In this document: in pieces, positions 1 to 10,227 of the stretch
How positions within the stretch are numbered: position 1 is the first letter of the stretch
Layout of the letters: each line of letters begins with the position of its first letter
DNA from: Candidatus Krumholzibacteriia bacterium
GTDB taxonomy: Bacteria > Krumholzibacteriota > Krumholzibacteriia > JAJRXK01
Direction of reading: 5' to 3'
Assembly (NCBI GenBank): GCA_041484665.1
Contig: JBGPIA010000006.1
Coordinates: 128,001 to 192,000, forward strand
DNA length: 64,000 nt
The notes under the pieces: generated by a model
Told to the model about the DNA's origin: nothing
What the model saw: the letters and a program-made list of their open reading frames with translations, nothing else
Databases searched by the model: none
Program-made: the position numbers and the translations under genes

Positions 1-814
1 CTTCGCGCACGCTCCCGATTACATCGTGGGATTTAGCGACTGCGCGCCCGCCGACTCGGTGCTGGTCCTGGCGCGCTGGACGCTGGTGCCCGTCAGCGCT
101 CCCGGGGACTCGTGCCTCGATCACGCGCACGTCGTGGAGCCCGGACCACCCGCGGTCACCGGTAATTTCGCGCTGGAGTCCTGTAGTACCTACACCCTGC
201 GTCCATTCACCACCGTGCACGGGATCACGCTCGCGGCATCGGGAGGCACGATCCATCCGCAGGAGCTGCGCGCGGTGGAGCTGTCGGCAGAGCCACTGGC
301 CGCAGCGATCGCCGTCCGGTGGCGCGTGGACTCCACGCTGCCGCTCTGGGGTCTGGATCTGTACCGCAGTGCGCAAGGCGGCCCTTTCCTGCCGCGGACC
401 GCGCTGTCGGGCGTCGCGGGATCCTGGATCGACGCGGACGTCACCGTGGGGATCGAATACCGCTACCGCCTCATTGCACGCACCGAGCGCGGAGGCCGCT
501 GGAGCGGGACGGCGACGGTCATTGCGGTGGACGGATTCGCCACACGGCTGTTGGCCAACGTGCCCAACCCGTTCAATCCGATGACGGAGATCCAGTTCGA
601 GGTCGGGGCGCCGGGCCGGGCCGAGCTGGCGATCTTCGATCTCGCGGGCCGGCGAGTCCGCGCCGTGGCGCTGGATCTGCCCCAGGCCGGGCGATCCTCG
701 TGGACCTGGAACGGCCTCGATGACCGCGCCGTCCCCGTCGGCAGCGGAGTGTACGTCGTGCGCCTGGACTCGCCGATCGGAGCGGACACCCGGCGCATCG
801 CCCTGATCCGCTGA
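1..814 (+). CDS. Secreted protein with C-terminal FlgD-Ig/T9SS-CTD-like domain (5'-partial)
   Basis: Frame is open from position 2. C-terminus NVPNPFNPMTEIQF...IFDLAGRRVR...WNGLDDRAVPVGSGVYVVRL is the typical FlgD-Ig-like tail. Confidence 0.8.
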   Translation, partial: FAHAPDYIVGFSDCAPADSVLVLARWTLVPVSAPGDSCLDHAHVVEPGPPAVTGNFALESCSTYTLRPFTTVHGITLAASGGTIHPQELRAVELSAEPLAAAIAVRWRVDSTLPLWGLDLYRSAQGGPFLPRTALSGVAGSWIDADVTVGIEYRYRLIARTERGGRWSGTATVIAVDGFATRLLANVPNPFNPMTEIQFEVGAPGRAELAIFDLAGRRVRAVALDLPQAGRSSWTWNGLDDRAVPVGSGVYVVRLDSPIGADTRRIALIR

Positions 815-1117
815 TATGGAACGACCCTAGGACTGCGAGGCGGTCGTTCCATACTGACGAGCGCGGGCATCAGGGCATGCGGGCGCCCCCGCGGAGACGC
901 GGGGACGTGTGGGGGCGCCGGGCGCGCGGGGAGCGCGCCCGCGCCCCCGTCGGACTGCGAGAGTGGAGCTGTGGCCCTGCGCCCGGCCCCTGGTCCAGGG
1001 CGGCGGAGTGGGGTACACTCGGCCCTGTCCTGAGCGGCTGCTCTTCCCCGCTTCTCCCTCCTTGGCGGCTGGAAGGGACGCCTCCGCGCGTGTCCCCCAA
1101 CACAGACAGAGGACGCC

Positions 1118-2071
1118 ATGCACCGTGCCGATCGCACCACTGGAATTCGCCATGGCGGCGCCGCGCTGCGCGCGACCGCCGCGTTCCTGACCCTCGTCGC
1201 CATCCTGACCGCAGCCGTCGTCCCGCAACCGGCACGTGCGGTCGCGATTGGATTCATCGAGCGCTTCCAGTCATCCGGAGTCGCGGGCTTTCTGTCGGGA
1301 AGCACCCTCTCCAATCCGGGAACGGGTGGCGCCGACGGCGCCGGGGATGGCTACCTGCTGGTGGCGACCGCGCCGCCCCTCAATTACTTCCTCGGCGCGT
1401 TCAACACCGCTCCGAGGTATGCCGGCAATCTGGTGGCCGCCGGGATCACGCGGATGCGGCTCAAGCTCAAGGACGTCGGACCCACGCAGGCCATGGAGAT
1501 CCATGTGACCGTCGGCACCAGCGTGAACCGTTGGCAGTACAACGTGGGATTCGTGCCGACGCCCAGCGCGTGGACCACCTTCGAGGCAGACCTCACCGAC
1601 AGCACAAGGTGGACGCAATTCATCAATCTGGTGCCGGGCACGTTCACGCAGGCCAAGCAGACCCACGACCGCTTCCACTTCCGGCACGATACGGCGCCGT
1701 ATACGTTTTTTGCCGACTCGATCGTGGCCGACGTGGGCGTAGACGACGTCGAGATGCTCAACGCGTTGAGCGACGCGCCGCCCTCGCCCTCGACCCGTGG
1801 GCTGGCGCTGAGCGTTGCGCCCAACCCCTTCAACCCGCGCGCCACGATCGCCTTCAGCCTGCCGGAGCCTGCCAACGTGCGGCTGGAGGTGTATGATGCG
1901 GCGGGGCGCAAGGTGCGCACCCTGCTGGCGGAGCAGCGCGCAGCCGGCGACCAGTCGATGCACTGGGATGGCCGCGACGACGCAGGGCGGCCGGCGGCCT
2001 CGGGCAGTTACCTGGTCCGTCTGCAAGCGGGGCAGCTCGTTTTGCAAGCGAAGGCGACTCTGCTGCAGTAG
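1118..2071 (+). CDS. Secreted protein with C-terminal FlgD-Ig/T9SS-CTD-like domain
   Basis: RBS AGAGGA before ATG; signal peptide ending PARA; tail APNPFNPRATIAF...WDGRDDAGRPAASGSYLVRL. Confidence 0.85.
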   Translation: MHRADRTTGIRHGGAALRATAAFLTLVAILTAAVVPQPARAVAIGFIERFQSSGVAGFLSGSTLSNPGTGGADGAGDGYLLVATAPPLNYFLGAFNTAPRYAGNLVAAGITRMRLKLKDVGPTQAMEIHVTVGTSVNRWQYNVGFVPTPSAWTTFEADLTDSTRWTQFINLVPGTFTQAKQTHDRFHFRHDTAPYTFFADSIVADVGVDDVEMLNALSDAPPSPSTRGLALSVAPNPFNPRATIAFSLPEPANVRLEVYDAAGRKVRTLLAEQRAAGDQSMHWDGRDDAGRPAASGSYLVRLQAGQLVLQAKATLLQ

Positions 2072-2161
2072 GCTGCAGTCGCAGGAAACGCGTGGTCGCA
2101 GCGCTTGGCCCGGTGTCGGCGCGTGCCGGCGCGCGCTGATTCGTGCAGGTGTGCGCTACCC

Positions 2162-2245
2162 GGAACAGGCACGCGCCGGCATGAGACAGGCGCTCGGCGG
2201 CACGGGACAGCCGTGTGTCGGCACGAGTCAGACATGCGCCGTCAC
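2162..2245. repeat. Degenerate 21-bp tandem repeat, 4 units
   Basis: ggaacaggcacgcgccggcat / gagacaggcgctcggcggcac / gggacagccgtgtgtcggcac / gagtcagacatgcgccgtcac. Confidence 0.55.
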
Positions 2246-2268
2246 TTCGGACCTGGGATGGGGGGACG

Positions 2269-2553
2269 ATGCTTCGGAGCTTCTGGACCGTCTTCGCAGC
2301 GCTGTTTCTGGCGGAGCTGGGCGACAAGACCCAGCTCGCCGTTCTCGCCTTCGCGTCGAGCTCCTCGCGGTGGATCGTCTTCGCGGCGGCATCGCTCGCG
2401 CTCACGGCATCCACGGGGCTCGCCGTGCTGGTGGGACGGGCGCTGGGCACAGTCGTGCCCGCCGCGTGGCTACGCGTCGGCGCCGCCGCACTGTTCCTGG
2501 TGGTGGGCGCCGTCACGCTGATCGACGCGTTACCTGAGGCGTTGAGGCGCTGA
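2269..2553 (+). CDS. TMEM165/GDT1 (UPF0016) family cation transporter, single-repeat form
   Basis: Signature FLAELGDKTQLA; three hydrophobic helices; start moved to ATG at 2269. Confidence 0.9.
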   Translation: MLRSFWTVFAALFLAELGDKTQLAVLAFASSSSRWIVFAAASLALTASTGLAVLVGRALGTVVPAAWLRVGAAALFLVVGAVTLIDALPEALRR

Positions 2554-2581
2554 CCGCTCGGCGCATCGGGCGTTTCCGGCG

Positions 2582-2671
2582 CTCGCAGCATTCGCAGTGT
2601 TCGCACTGTTCGAAGCGTTCGAGGCATTCGCAGCGTTCGTGGCGTTCGCGGTGTTCGCGGTGTTGGCGGCA
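2582..2671. repeat. Degenerate 9-bp tandem repeat, 10 units (approximate consensus TTCGCRGYG)
   Basis: ctcgcagca ttcgcagtg ttcgcactg ttcgaagcg ttcgaggca ttcgcagcg ttcgtggcg ttcgcggtg ttcgcggtg ttggcggca. Confidence 0.85.
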
Positions 2672-2703
2672 ATCCGGTCGCTCAACCCCTGGAGGCGCTT
2701 GCA

Positions 2704-5037
2704 GTGAGAAGACTCGCCGCTCTCTTCGCTGGGTCGGCCTCTGTCGCTCTCTGCGCGGCGATGTGCGCGCTGGCAGTCCCTCCGGCGCGGGCCGGCGATG
2801 GACCGGCCACCGGACTGGACGCGGCACTCCAGAACACCCTCGCCGGCCTCGACCCCGACGCGGTGCCCACCGGCATCCTCTACGACCGGGTGCTGCCGAT
2901 GTCGGGCCTCGCGCAACACAGCGGCCAGGCGGCCGAACGGCCTGTCACCGCGGGAGAGTGGCGGCAGATGCTCTTCGAGCTCACCCGCGCTTCGCGCGTC
3001 GTTGCAGGATGGCCGGTCGTGGACCAGTTGCGCGAGGAGGCGCGGGCGGCGCGCACCGACGGAATCGTCCCCTTGGCAGTGCTGGACGTCGCCTACAGCC
3101 GGATCCGACCGGACGCGATGGAAAGGGGCCTGCTCTACCGGGAAGGCGCGCAGCTTCGCCCCACCCCTGGCCTCCCACAGCGCGAGCTGTACGTGCAAGC
3201 GCGGGCGTTTGCCGCCGCCGCGCTCGTGGAGGAAGCCTATGCTGGAGCCCAGGTCGCCTTCGTGCTGCCGCAGCGCCTCTACGTGGGCGATGGCACTGCC
3301 CTGGGGAGCGCGCCGGCCGTCGGCAATCCTACGGGTTCGGAAGAGGCGCGCCCGCGCATCGCGCGCATCGAGCTCGACGCCGCCGACGGGCGCGGATGGC
3401 GGCCGCTGCGCTGGAGCGAGCCGGCCGTCGTTCGCTACAGCACGACTGGCAGCAAGAGGCTGCGGCTGCGGGTGACGCGCGCGGATGGCGCTGTGTTGCA
3501 GAGCGCGTTCGTCTTCGTGGTGCGGACCCTGGTGACGCCTCCGCCGACTGCGACCTGGCCGCTGACCGCCACCAGCGCGTATCAGGGCGTCTACGGCACG
3601 GGGCAGGCCTACGTTTACCTGGCGGACGGTCACGCCACGGTGACCAACCCCGTGGTCGCCGTGGAGGGATTCGATCTCGACAACACGATGAACTGGCCCG
3701 AGTTGTATGCGCTTCTGAACCAGGAGGGCCTGCTCGAGACGCTGCGGGCGGACGGCTACGACGCGGTCGTGCTCAACTTCACCGAGTCGACCGATTTCAT
3801 TCAACGCAACGCCATGGTGCTGGTGGAGCTGATCCAGGAGGTGCAGGCCGCGGCCGGCGCGCACGACCTGGCGGTGGTCGGCGCGAGCATGGGCGGGTTG
3901 GTCGCGCGGTACGCGCTGGCCTACATGGAGACGCACGGGCAGGTCGATCACGTTCGCAACTTCATCTCGTTCGACGGAGCGCAGGGCGGTGCCAACATTC
4001 CGCTGGGGCTGCAGTACTGGCTGGACTTCTTCAAGGGTCAGTCGACCGAGGCTGCCCACCTGCTCGGCCGCCTCGACACGCCGGCCGCGCGGCAGATGCT
4101 CGTGTATCATCACACCAGTCTGCCCGGAACGACGGGCCAGAGCGATGCCCTGCGCGGCTCTCTGCAGGCTGACCTCGCCGCGGTGGGCGATTGGCCCCAG
4201 GCGTCGCGCAAGGTCGGCGTTGCCAACGGCAGCGGCGCCCGTGCCGACCAGGGGTACGGCGCGGGGGCCCAGCTCATCTCGTACGAGTACACGAGCTTCC
4301 TGGTGAATATCACCGGCAACGTGTGGGCCGTTCCCAGCGCGGCGAGCCTGCGGATCTTCCAGGGGATCATCGATGTGATCTGGCCGTTCCCGGACAGCTC
4401 GATGTCGGCTACTGTCACCGGCACGCGCCCGTGGGACAACGCGCCGGGCGGTTACCGCGCGTCCATGGCGCAGATGGACACCACGAGCGTTCCGTATGGG
4501 GACATCGTGGCGCTGCACGACAACCACTGCTTCATCCCCACCATCAGCGCGCTCGCCCTGGCCACCGACGATCCGTTCTTCGATATCGCCGGCGCTCCCG
4601 ATCTGCTCGCGCTGACGCCGTTTGACGCGGTCTATTTCCCGGCGGCCAACCAGGAGCACGTCACGGTGACGCCGGAGAATCGCGACTGGCTGCTGGCGGA
4701 GATCCGCCGCGCGCCGACCGCGGTTCCGATCGGTCCGATCGTCACAGCCGCACTCCCAACGCGGCCCGTGCTGTATGGCAGCTACCCCAATCCGTTCAAT
4801 CCCAGCACTACGCTGCGCTTCAGCGTGCCGACCGCCGGCCCGGTGCAGCTTTCGATCTACGACGCGCGGGGGCAGCGGGTCGCGACGCTGGTGGACGAAG
4901 TGGTTTCCGGGGGTGTGCATGAGCTGGTGTGGCGCGGAGTGGACGATCGCGGGCGAGCCGTGGCGTCGGGGGTCTACCGGACGGTGCTGCGGGCGACCCA
5001 GGGGGAGGCGACGCGATCGCTCGCGGTGGTGCGGTGA
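2704..5037 (+). CDS. Secreted alpha/beta-hydrolase (lipase-like) with FlgD-Ig C-terminal domain
   Basis: Signal peptide; VPTGILYDRV N-terminal motif; nucleophile elbow VVGASMGGLVARYAL; HCFIPTISAL; YPNPFNP tail. Confidence 0.85.
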   Translation: MRRLAALFAGSASVALCAAMCALAVPPARAGDGPATGLDAALQNTLAGLDPDAVPTGILYDRVLPMSGLAQHSGQAAERPVTAGEWRQMLFELTRASRVVAGWPVVDQLREEARAARTDGIVPLAVLDVAYSRIRPDAMERGLLYREGAQLRPTPGLPQRELYVQARAFAAAALVEEAYAGAQVAFVLPQRLYVGDGTALGSAPAVGNPTGSEEARPRIARIELDAADGRGWRPLRWSEPAVVRYSTTGSKRLRLRVTRADGAVLQSAFVFVVRTLVTPPPTATWPLTATSAYQGVYGTGQAYVYLADGHATVTNPVVAVEGFDLDNTMNWPELYALLNQEGLLETLRADGYDAVVLNFTESTDFIQRNAMVLVELIQEVQAAAGAHDLAVVGASMGGLVARYALAYMETHGQVDHVRNFISFDGAQGGANIPLGLQYWLDFFKGQSTEAAHLLGRLDTPAARQMLVYHHTSLPGTTGQSDALRGSLQADLAAVGDWPQASRKVGVANGSGARADQGYGAGAQLISYEYTSFLVNITGNVWAVPSAASLRIFQGIIDVIWPFPDSSMSATVTGTRPWDNAPGGYRASMAQMDTTSVPYGDIVALHDNHCFIPTISALALATDDPFFDIAGAPDLLALTPFDAVYFPAANQEHVTVTPENRDWLLAEIRRAPTAVPIGPIVTAALPTRPVLYGSYPNPFNPSTTLRFSVPTAGPVQLSIYDARGQRVATLVDEVVSGGVHELVWRGVDDRGRAVASGVYRTVLRATQGEATRSLAVVR

Positions 5038-5054
5038 GGTGGAGGGCGGCGGGG

Positions 5055-5248
5055 CGCTCGTGGCCTGCGTGGTGATGCCGGCACGGGCAGCGTACGTTGT
5101 ACGCTGGCTCGTGATGGATGGCTGTGGCCCCGTACAGACCTGCGGTGCTTCCTACACCCTGACCACCACAATCGGCCAGTCGCAGGCGGGGATGCTGGGC
5201 GGGGCTGCGGCCGATGGTATTGCGATCGACGCCGAAGCTCGAGGATGA
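5055..5248 (+). pseudogene. Degenerate remnant of a small secreted DGGG...GTIGQPDAG-motif protein
   Basis: Translates as AYVVRWLVMDGCGPVQTCGASYTLTTTIGQSQAGMLGG, resembling the recurring motif YSIDWxTIDGGGGxSxGGxYxLxGTIGQPDAG; no clear start. Confidence 0.4.
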
Positions 5249-5264
5249 CTTTCGGCCGCAGCCG

Positions 5265-8200
5265 TCAGCGCGCCAGCACCACCTTGCGCACGTCCGTCAC
5301 GTCACGGCCCTGCAGGCGCACCGCGTAGACACCGCTGGCCACGGCGGCGCCGCGGTCGTCGGTCCCGTCCCAAACCACTTGCTGCCGGCCGGCGGGGCGG
5401 GTCCCGGACACGAGCGTCGCCACACGTTCGCCGCGCAAGGTGAAGATCGCCAACGTGACATCCTCCGCAGCGGCCAGATCGAATTCGATGGTCGTGCGTG
5501 GGTTGAAGGGGTTGGGATGGACCGCCGCAAGAGCCGTGACCCGCGGCGCAGGCGCGCCCCCCGCCACGTCCGTGGCACCGGAGGAGACCACTAGTTGGTA
5601 GGTGCCCACCAGCGGCAGGTCGGTGGCGCTGCTCTTCCAGACCGCGATGGCGTACGAACCCGCGGTTGAGATGGTCAGACGAGCGGACTCGTCCATGCCG
5701 GGTCCATAGATGTCCTGCAGGCCCTCGGCTACCGCAGTGCTCTTGCTCTGGAACGGCTGGTCAGCGGGGTGCACGGTCATGCCCCAGTTGACCGACCCGG
5801 CGATGTTGATCAGACGCACGTCAAAGGCGCCGATCGGAAAGTAGATTTCGTACAGATCCAGGATGCGTCCCGCCGGCAGCGTGGCCGGCGGCGTAAGCGT
5901 CGCCGGCGCCGTTCCCAGGGTGACCGAGGGCACGTACTCCGCGACGTAGTTGGTCGTTCCAGTAGGCGGCTCGGCGGAGGTCATCCCCACTTCGAACGCG
6001 CGCGGCACGGTGATGCGCTCGTCGACGAGTACGTAGTCGGAGCGATTGATCCCCCACAACGAAGAGCGCAGCGGACTGGCGAAACCACTCTTGGCACCGG
6101 TGCTGCGCTCGTGCAGGTGGACGTCGACATCGCCCGCCAGGGGCATGATGGCGACCGCGCCCCAGTAGCCGTTCCCGGAGGCGTTCCCTTTCACGATCGG
6201 TGTGCGCAAGCCGTCGCAGTCGAACCAGAGCACCTCGCCGGTCGTGACCTGCGACCATCCGCCGGTCCGCGAGCCGGGTGCCCCACGCGACACGGGAGTC
6301 CGCGCAGCGAGCACGGATGGCGTCCAGACCCACTGCTGCCCGTTGGTGTTGTTCGACTCGTCCAGCTCCAGGACTCCATTCCCGGGGTCGGCCAGCATCG
6401 CCAGGGTGTGCCGGCCGCCCGGGATGGTCCAGGCAGTCGTCCAGTTGAGCCAGTTCGAGGAGTGTGGGAAGGCCGAGTCCCAGTAGAGCCACCAGCCGTA
6501 GACCCCGTCGAGGTAGAGGTTCGTGAAAAAGGCGGGCGCCACGGCCGGGCTCTCGTTGCGCACGACGACGTTGAAATAGGTCGACGCCACGTCTCCCGGC
6601 AGTGACCCGGGCTGCGGCACGGAGAGCAGAGTGCCGCTGGGCGTCGGCTCTGGCACCAAGGGCGCGTACCACCCTGGGAAGCCAATCGTGCTGGCCTGGT
6701 AATCGGGCGGCGTCGTCCGCACGCTCATCGAGAGGGTGAAGGGCGCCGTGCCGTTCACCGGATCGCGGGAGAGCGCCAGGCAGTAGAACCCGGCTGTGCC
6801 GGCGGAGACATCCAGGTGCACCGCCGTGCCCGGGGTCACGGCCGCGATGGCCGTGGCGGACGAGAGGCCGCCGGTGGTGAAGCCCTGGTCGTACCACGCG
6901 GCGTAGACCGGCTGCGTCGCCGTCGCTTCCAATGCCAGCGCCGCCGTGACCGGTCCCGGCCCGGGCACGTAGATCTCCCAGAGCTTCAGCATCTCGCCCT
7001 GGCCGAACGCCGTCGCGCCGGAGGCGTTGAACGGCATCTCGGCATTGCCCACCTGGAGCACGCGGGAGTCGCTGCTGCCACCGCTGTAGTTCTCGACCGC
7101 CACGTCCCAGGCGCCCCAGCCCATGGTGTTGCTGTTGACGATCAGCGCGTCCAGCATGCCGCGATTGTGGGCCGAGAACCCGTAGTACGAGGCATCGTAC
7201 CCGCTGGTGCCGCCGCCGGATGCGGGGTAGAGGAACAGATCGTAGTCGTCATTGTTGTCCACCGCTCCGCCCACCAACGCGGTCCACCACGTGACGGGCG
7301 AGTACTGCACCGCGTCGCTGTTGAACCACAGCGGAGATCCGTCAATCACCCAATCCCAGCCCGCGACCCGATTTGGCGGAGCGGCGCGGGAGATCGGCAC
7401 GCCGGCGCCGATGGGAGAGGCCGACCAAGCGTACTGGTGCGCCCACGTGTTGTTGTACTCGTTGCCTTCGGCAATCAGATTGGTTTGATCGTGCCGCACA
7501 CCCAGCGTGTGCCGGCCACCGCGCACGAGGAAGGGGCCGCCATTGTTCCAGCGATAGGGCGTGAACCCAGCGGTCGGTGGCACCAGCGCGCCGGTGGTGT
7601 AAGTGCCGTCGACGTAGATGCCCACCCCGAACCACGATGACGCGGGCAGATCGCCGAAATTGTATCCAGCGACATTGACCCACGTCCCTTCGGGGTCCCC
7701 TTCGTACGCCGGGTGGTTCCCGGGCAGCGACGCGGGCCAGCTGACCGACCCCCACTGCGCGTTGGGGAGCGGGCTGGGGACGACCGCGCCGTACCAATCG
7801 AAGGGGAGATTCCACCCCAGGTCCGCAGGCTCGGGCGGCCGGATGGTCACCGGCCCATACGTGGCATAGTTGGGGCTCCAGCGTCCGGCCCGATCGACCG
7901 CGCGGATGGTGAACCAGTACGCGCCGGCGGGCATGATGCCGCTGTGCCACCCGCCCACGTCGCCGATCTCCGCGGTCTGGTCCGGCGGAGTCAGGCTGAG
8001 CGCGAGCACCACACTGTAGCCACCGATGCCCGAACAATCATCCGGAGCACGCTGCCACGAGAAATCTACGTAGGGGTTCGCGCAGTTGAAGCAGAGGTCG
8101 TGGCTGGGACAGGCCAACGCGGTCGCCACGCCGGGGGGAAACTGGTCCAGCTCGTAGCCGTTGTTCTTGGCGGTCGCCCAGAGCTGCTCGGTGCGCTGTG

Positions 8201-9842
8201 GCCAGCGGGCCCGGAACTTGTTGAAGAAGTCAGCGGGATTCGTCGGCGCGTCCCAACCCACCAGGTTGAAGATATCCTGGGCACCCAGGGCCAGCTCGTC
8301 CATCCCCGCTGGCTGTGCAGGTTCGTCGTCCTGGTTGGAGTCAGAGATATCCAGCAGCGCGGCCGTGAACGGCCCCTCGGTGATCCACGGGTCGTGCAAT
8401 GTCCCGTCGCTGCAGTTCTGGAGGCTCTCGTAGGAATCGGCCGGGTTGAACCGCGGCAACGGCGTCAGACCGTAGTCGGGCGCGAACGAGCTCCAGATCA
8501 CCTCTGCGACCCAGGACGGGAAGCCCTCGTTGAAGGCGTCGTGATTCGTCTCACGGCACCACGCGCAGTGTCCGCAATACTGGAACGGCCACCAGTCGTA
8601 GAAGGCGGTGTCGCAGATGCCGTTGCAGTAGTCCGGCGAGTTCAAGATCGCGAAGTTGTTCACGAAGTGGTGCCCGTACTCGTGGATGTACGTGAACTCG
8701 TCCCAGGTGCGCTGGGTGCTGATGTGGATCTCCTCGAAGAGGTCGTTGTAGTACGCCCCGTTGTCCCCGCTCGCCCACTGCACGTCGACCTGCGGAACGT
8801 TGCGTCCCTGGTCGACCAGGATGTATCGCCACGCCCGCGTGATGTCGGTCTGGATGCTCAACGGCGGCATGCGGTTGGGGTTGTCGGGCAGCACCCAGCC
8901 GACGTCGAGGAAGCTGCCGCCGTAGTCGCCCCAGGTGCCGGTTTCGTAGGTGTAGTCAGTCTCGAGGACGTCATCGGTCTGGGTCTGTACCACGGCTGTA
9001 TCGGTCTCGAAGTCCACGTAGATGTCCGGCTGACCGTCGCAGGTCCAGCAGGGGTCCCAGTCGAACTGGATGGAGAAGTAACCGTTGGGGTCGGTGGCCT
9101 GCGAGCCCAGCAGCTCGTCGCAGCACCAGTCGTCGTCGTAGACACGTGCGGCGGCGCCGTCCACGCCAACCACCTGTCCATCGGGCCGGCGGTACGTGAA
9201 GCGCCCCTGCACGGTGATGCGGCGGCTGCGCTCGGGGAGCGGGGGGTCGTTGGGATCCTCCAGACCCTCGGGCCGCACCACGCCCGGGCGCGGGTCCTTC
9301 GGCGGCGGGGGCGCCGCGGGCAGCGGCGCGATGGGACGGCTGTGGTCGATTCCCGGAAACGGAATGAGGGCTCCCTCGGGCAGCTGGACCAGGCGCCCCG
9401 GTTCGCGCAACTGGCGGAAACTCTCCTCGGATAGATGGAAGACCTTCTGGTACGGCCGACCGCCCACGTCGAGCTGGACCACCAGCGGCTCGTTGGGATC
9501 GAGCACATCCACGGCGAAGGGAACGCGCAGCGTCCCGCCCGCAGACATCTTCGCAACCGGCGGCAGCTGAAGCACCGGATTGCGCCAGCCCTTCGATGGC
9601 GCGATCTGGAGGTTCGTGAGCTCCGGGACCTTCGCGGGCGCCTCTCGGGTGATGATCTCCAGCACCCCCGCGTAGTGCTGGCCCGCGCGTGCCGGTTGGG
9701 GATCGCCTCCGAAGCGCACCTTGATCGGCGGCCCGACGGTGGCTCGGCAGGGGCACGCCGCGGCGAGCGTCCCCAGCACCATGCTGCAGACTGCCACGTG
9801 TCGCGGGGTCCAGCCATTGGGGTGGAGGCGAGCTGGGAACAT
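5265..9842 (-). CDS. Large secreted zinc metallopeptidase-like protein with duplicated CARDB-containing module and FlgD-Ig tail
   Basis: Signal peptide; YIHEYGHH (HEXXH) with downstream AFNEG; two GGRHTL...D..N...E..ExNN CARDB-like motifs; HPNPFNP tail. Confidence 0.85.
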   Translation of the reverse strand: MFPARLHPNGWTPRHVAVCSMVLGTLAAACPCRATVGPPIKVRFGGDPQPARAGQHYAGVLEIITREAPAKVPELTNLQIAPSKGWRNPVLQLPPVAKMSAGGTLRVPFAVDVLDPNEPLVVQLDVGGRPYQKVFHLSEESFRQLREPGRLVQLPEGALIPFPGIDHSRPIAPLPAAPPPPKDPRPGVVRPEGLEDPNDPPLPERSRRITVQGRFTYRRPDGQVVGVDGAAARVYDDDWCCDELLGSQATDPNGYFSIQFDWDPCWTCDGQPDIYVDFETDTAVVQTQTDDVLETDYTYETGTWGDYGGSFLDVGWVLPDNPNRMPPLSIQTDITRAWRYILVDQGRNVPQVDVQWASGDNGAYYNDLFEEIHISTQRTWDEFTYIHEYGHHFVNNFAILNSPDYCNGICDTAFYDWWPFQYCGHCAWCRETNHDAFNEGFPSWVAEVIWSSFAPDYGLTPLPRFNPADSYESLQNCSDGTLHDPWITEGPFTAALLDISDSNQDDEPAQPAGMDELALGAQDIFNLVGWDAPTNPADFFNKFRARWPQRTEQLWATAKNNGYELDQFPPGVATALACPSHDLCFNCANPYVDFSWQRAPDDCSGIGGYSVVLALSLTPPDQTAEIGDVGGWHSGIMPAGAYWFTIRAVDRAGRWSPNYATYGPVTIRPPEPADLGWNLPFDWYGAVVPSPLPNAQWGSVSWPASLPGNHPAYEGDPEGTWVNVAGYNFGDLPASSWFGVGIYVDGTYTTGALVPPTAGFTPYRWNNGGPFLVRGGRHTLGVRHDQTNLIAEGNEYNNTWAHQYAWSASPIGAGVPISRAAPPNRVAGWDWVIDGSPLWFNSDAVQYSPVTWWTALVGGAVDNNDDYDLFLYPASGGGTSGYDASYYGFSAHNRGMLDALIVNSNTMGWGAWDVAVENYSGGSSDSRVLQVGNAEMPFNASGATAFGQGEMLKLWEIYVPGPGPVTAALALEATATQPVYAAWYDQGFTTGGLSSATAIAAVTPGTAVHLDVSAGTAGFYCLALSRDPVNGTAPFTLSMSVRTTPPDYQASTIGFPGWYAPLVPEPTPSGTLLSVPQPGSLPGDVASTYFNVVVRNESPAVAPAFFTNLYLDGVYGWWLYWDSAFPHSSNWLNWTTAWTIPGGRHTLAMLADPGNGVLELDESNNTNGQQWVWTPSVLAARTPVSRGAPGSRTGGWSQVTTGEVLWFDCDGLRTPIVKGNASGNGYWGAVAIMPLAGDVDVHLHERSTGAKSGFASPLRSSLWGINRSDYVLVDERITVPRAFEVGMTSAEPPTGTTNYVAEYVPSVTLGTAPATLTPPATLPAGRILDLYEIYFPIGAFDVRLINIAGSVNWGMTVHPADQPFQSKSTAVAEGLQDIYGPGMDESARLTISTAGSYAIAVWKSSATDLPLVGTYQLVVSSGATDVAGGAPAPRVTALAAVHPNPFNPRTTIEFDLAAAEDVTLAIFTLRGERVATLVSGTRPAGRQQVVWDGTDDRGAAVASGVYAVRLQGRDVTDVRKVVLAR

Positions 9843-10227
9843 GGGCGGCTCCTCGGCGTGCGGTTGCGGATCGTGGATCCGACCAAGGCGTTCGGGCCAG
9901 CGGGGGGTCCCCGTTCCGGGTCGGGGACGTACGACCCAGTGGCGCTGGCGCCCGGCGTCGATGGGCGCCCTGACCCCTTAACGCCAATCCGCAGCCGACC
10001 GAACAGCCCTCTGCTGCTGCCCTTCTCCCGCGATCCCGGTCCGAGGTAACTCTTGAACTGCGGGAGGGTCCCGGTCGTCGTGGAGCTCGACCTCACCTGG
10101 TACTGGGCCAATGCTCGCGGGGCTTCCGCCCGCCGCCGCCGGAAACTGCCCAGCCAAAGTCACGTATCAGGAGCCTGGAGTCAGGTCCAGGAATGCGCCG
10201 TCAGACACTTGACGGGGGGCCGCCCCA

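Noticed and set aside
880..950. GC-rich hairpins after the first gene as terminators
   Set aside because: No U-tract, and hairpins are expected by chance at this GC content.
2072..2268. yybP-ykoY Mn riboswitch upstream of the UPF0016 gene
   Set aside because: I could not find the conserved core by eye; an Rfam/Infernal scan would settle it.
2582..2671. Repeat arrays (also 50892-50999, 2162-2245) as CRISPR
   Set aside because: Units are contiguous with no unique spacers, and no cas genes are present.
2530..4920. Long antisense ORFs (also 7713-9434, 23477-24916, 42972-45158)
   Set aside because: Typical high-GC shadow ORFs opposite well-supported genes.
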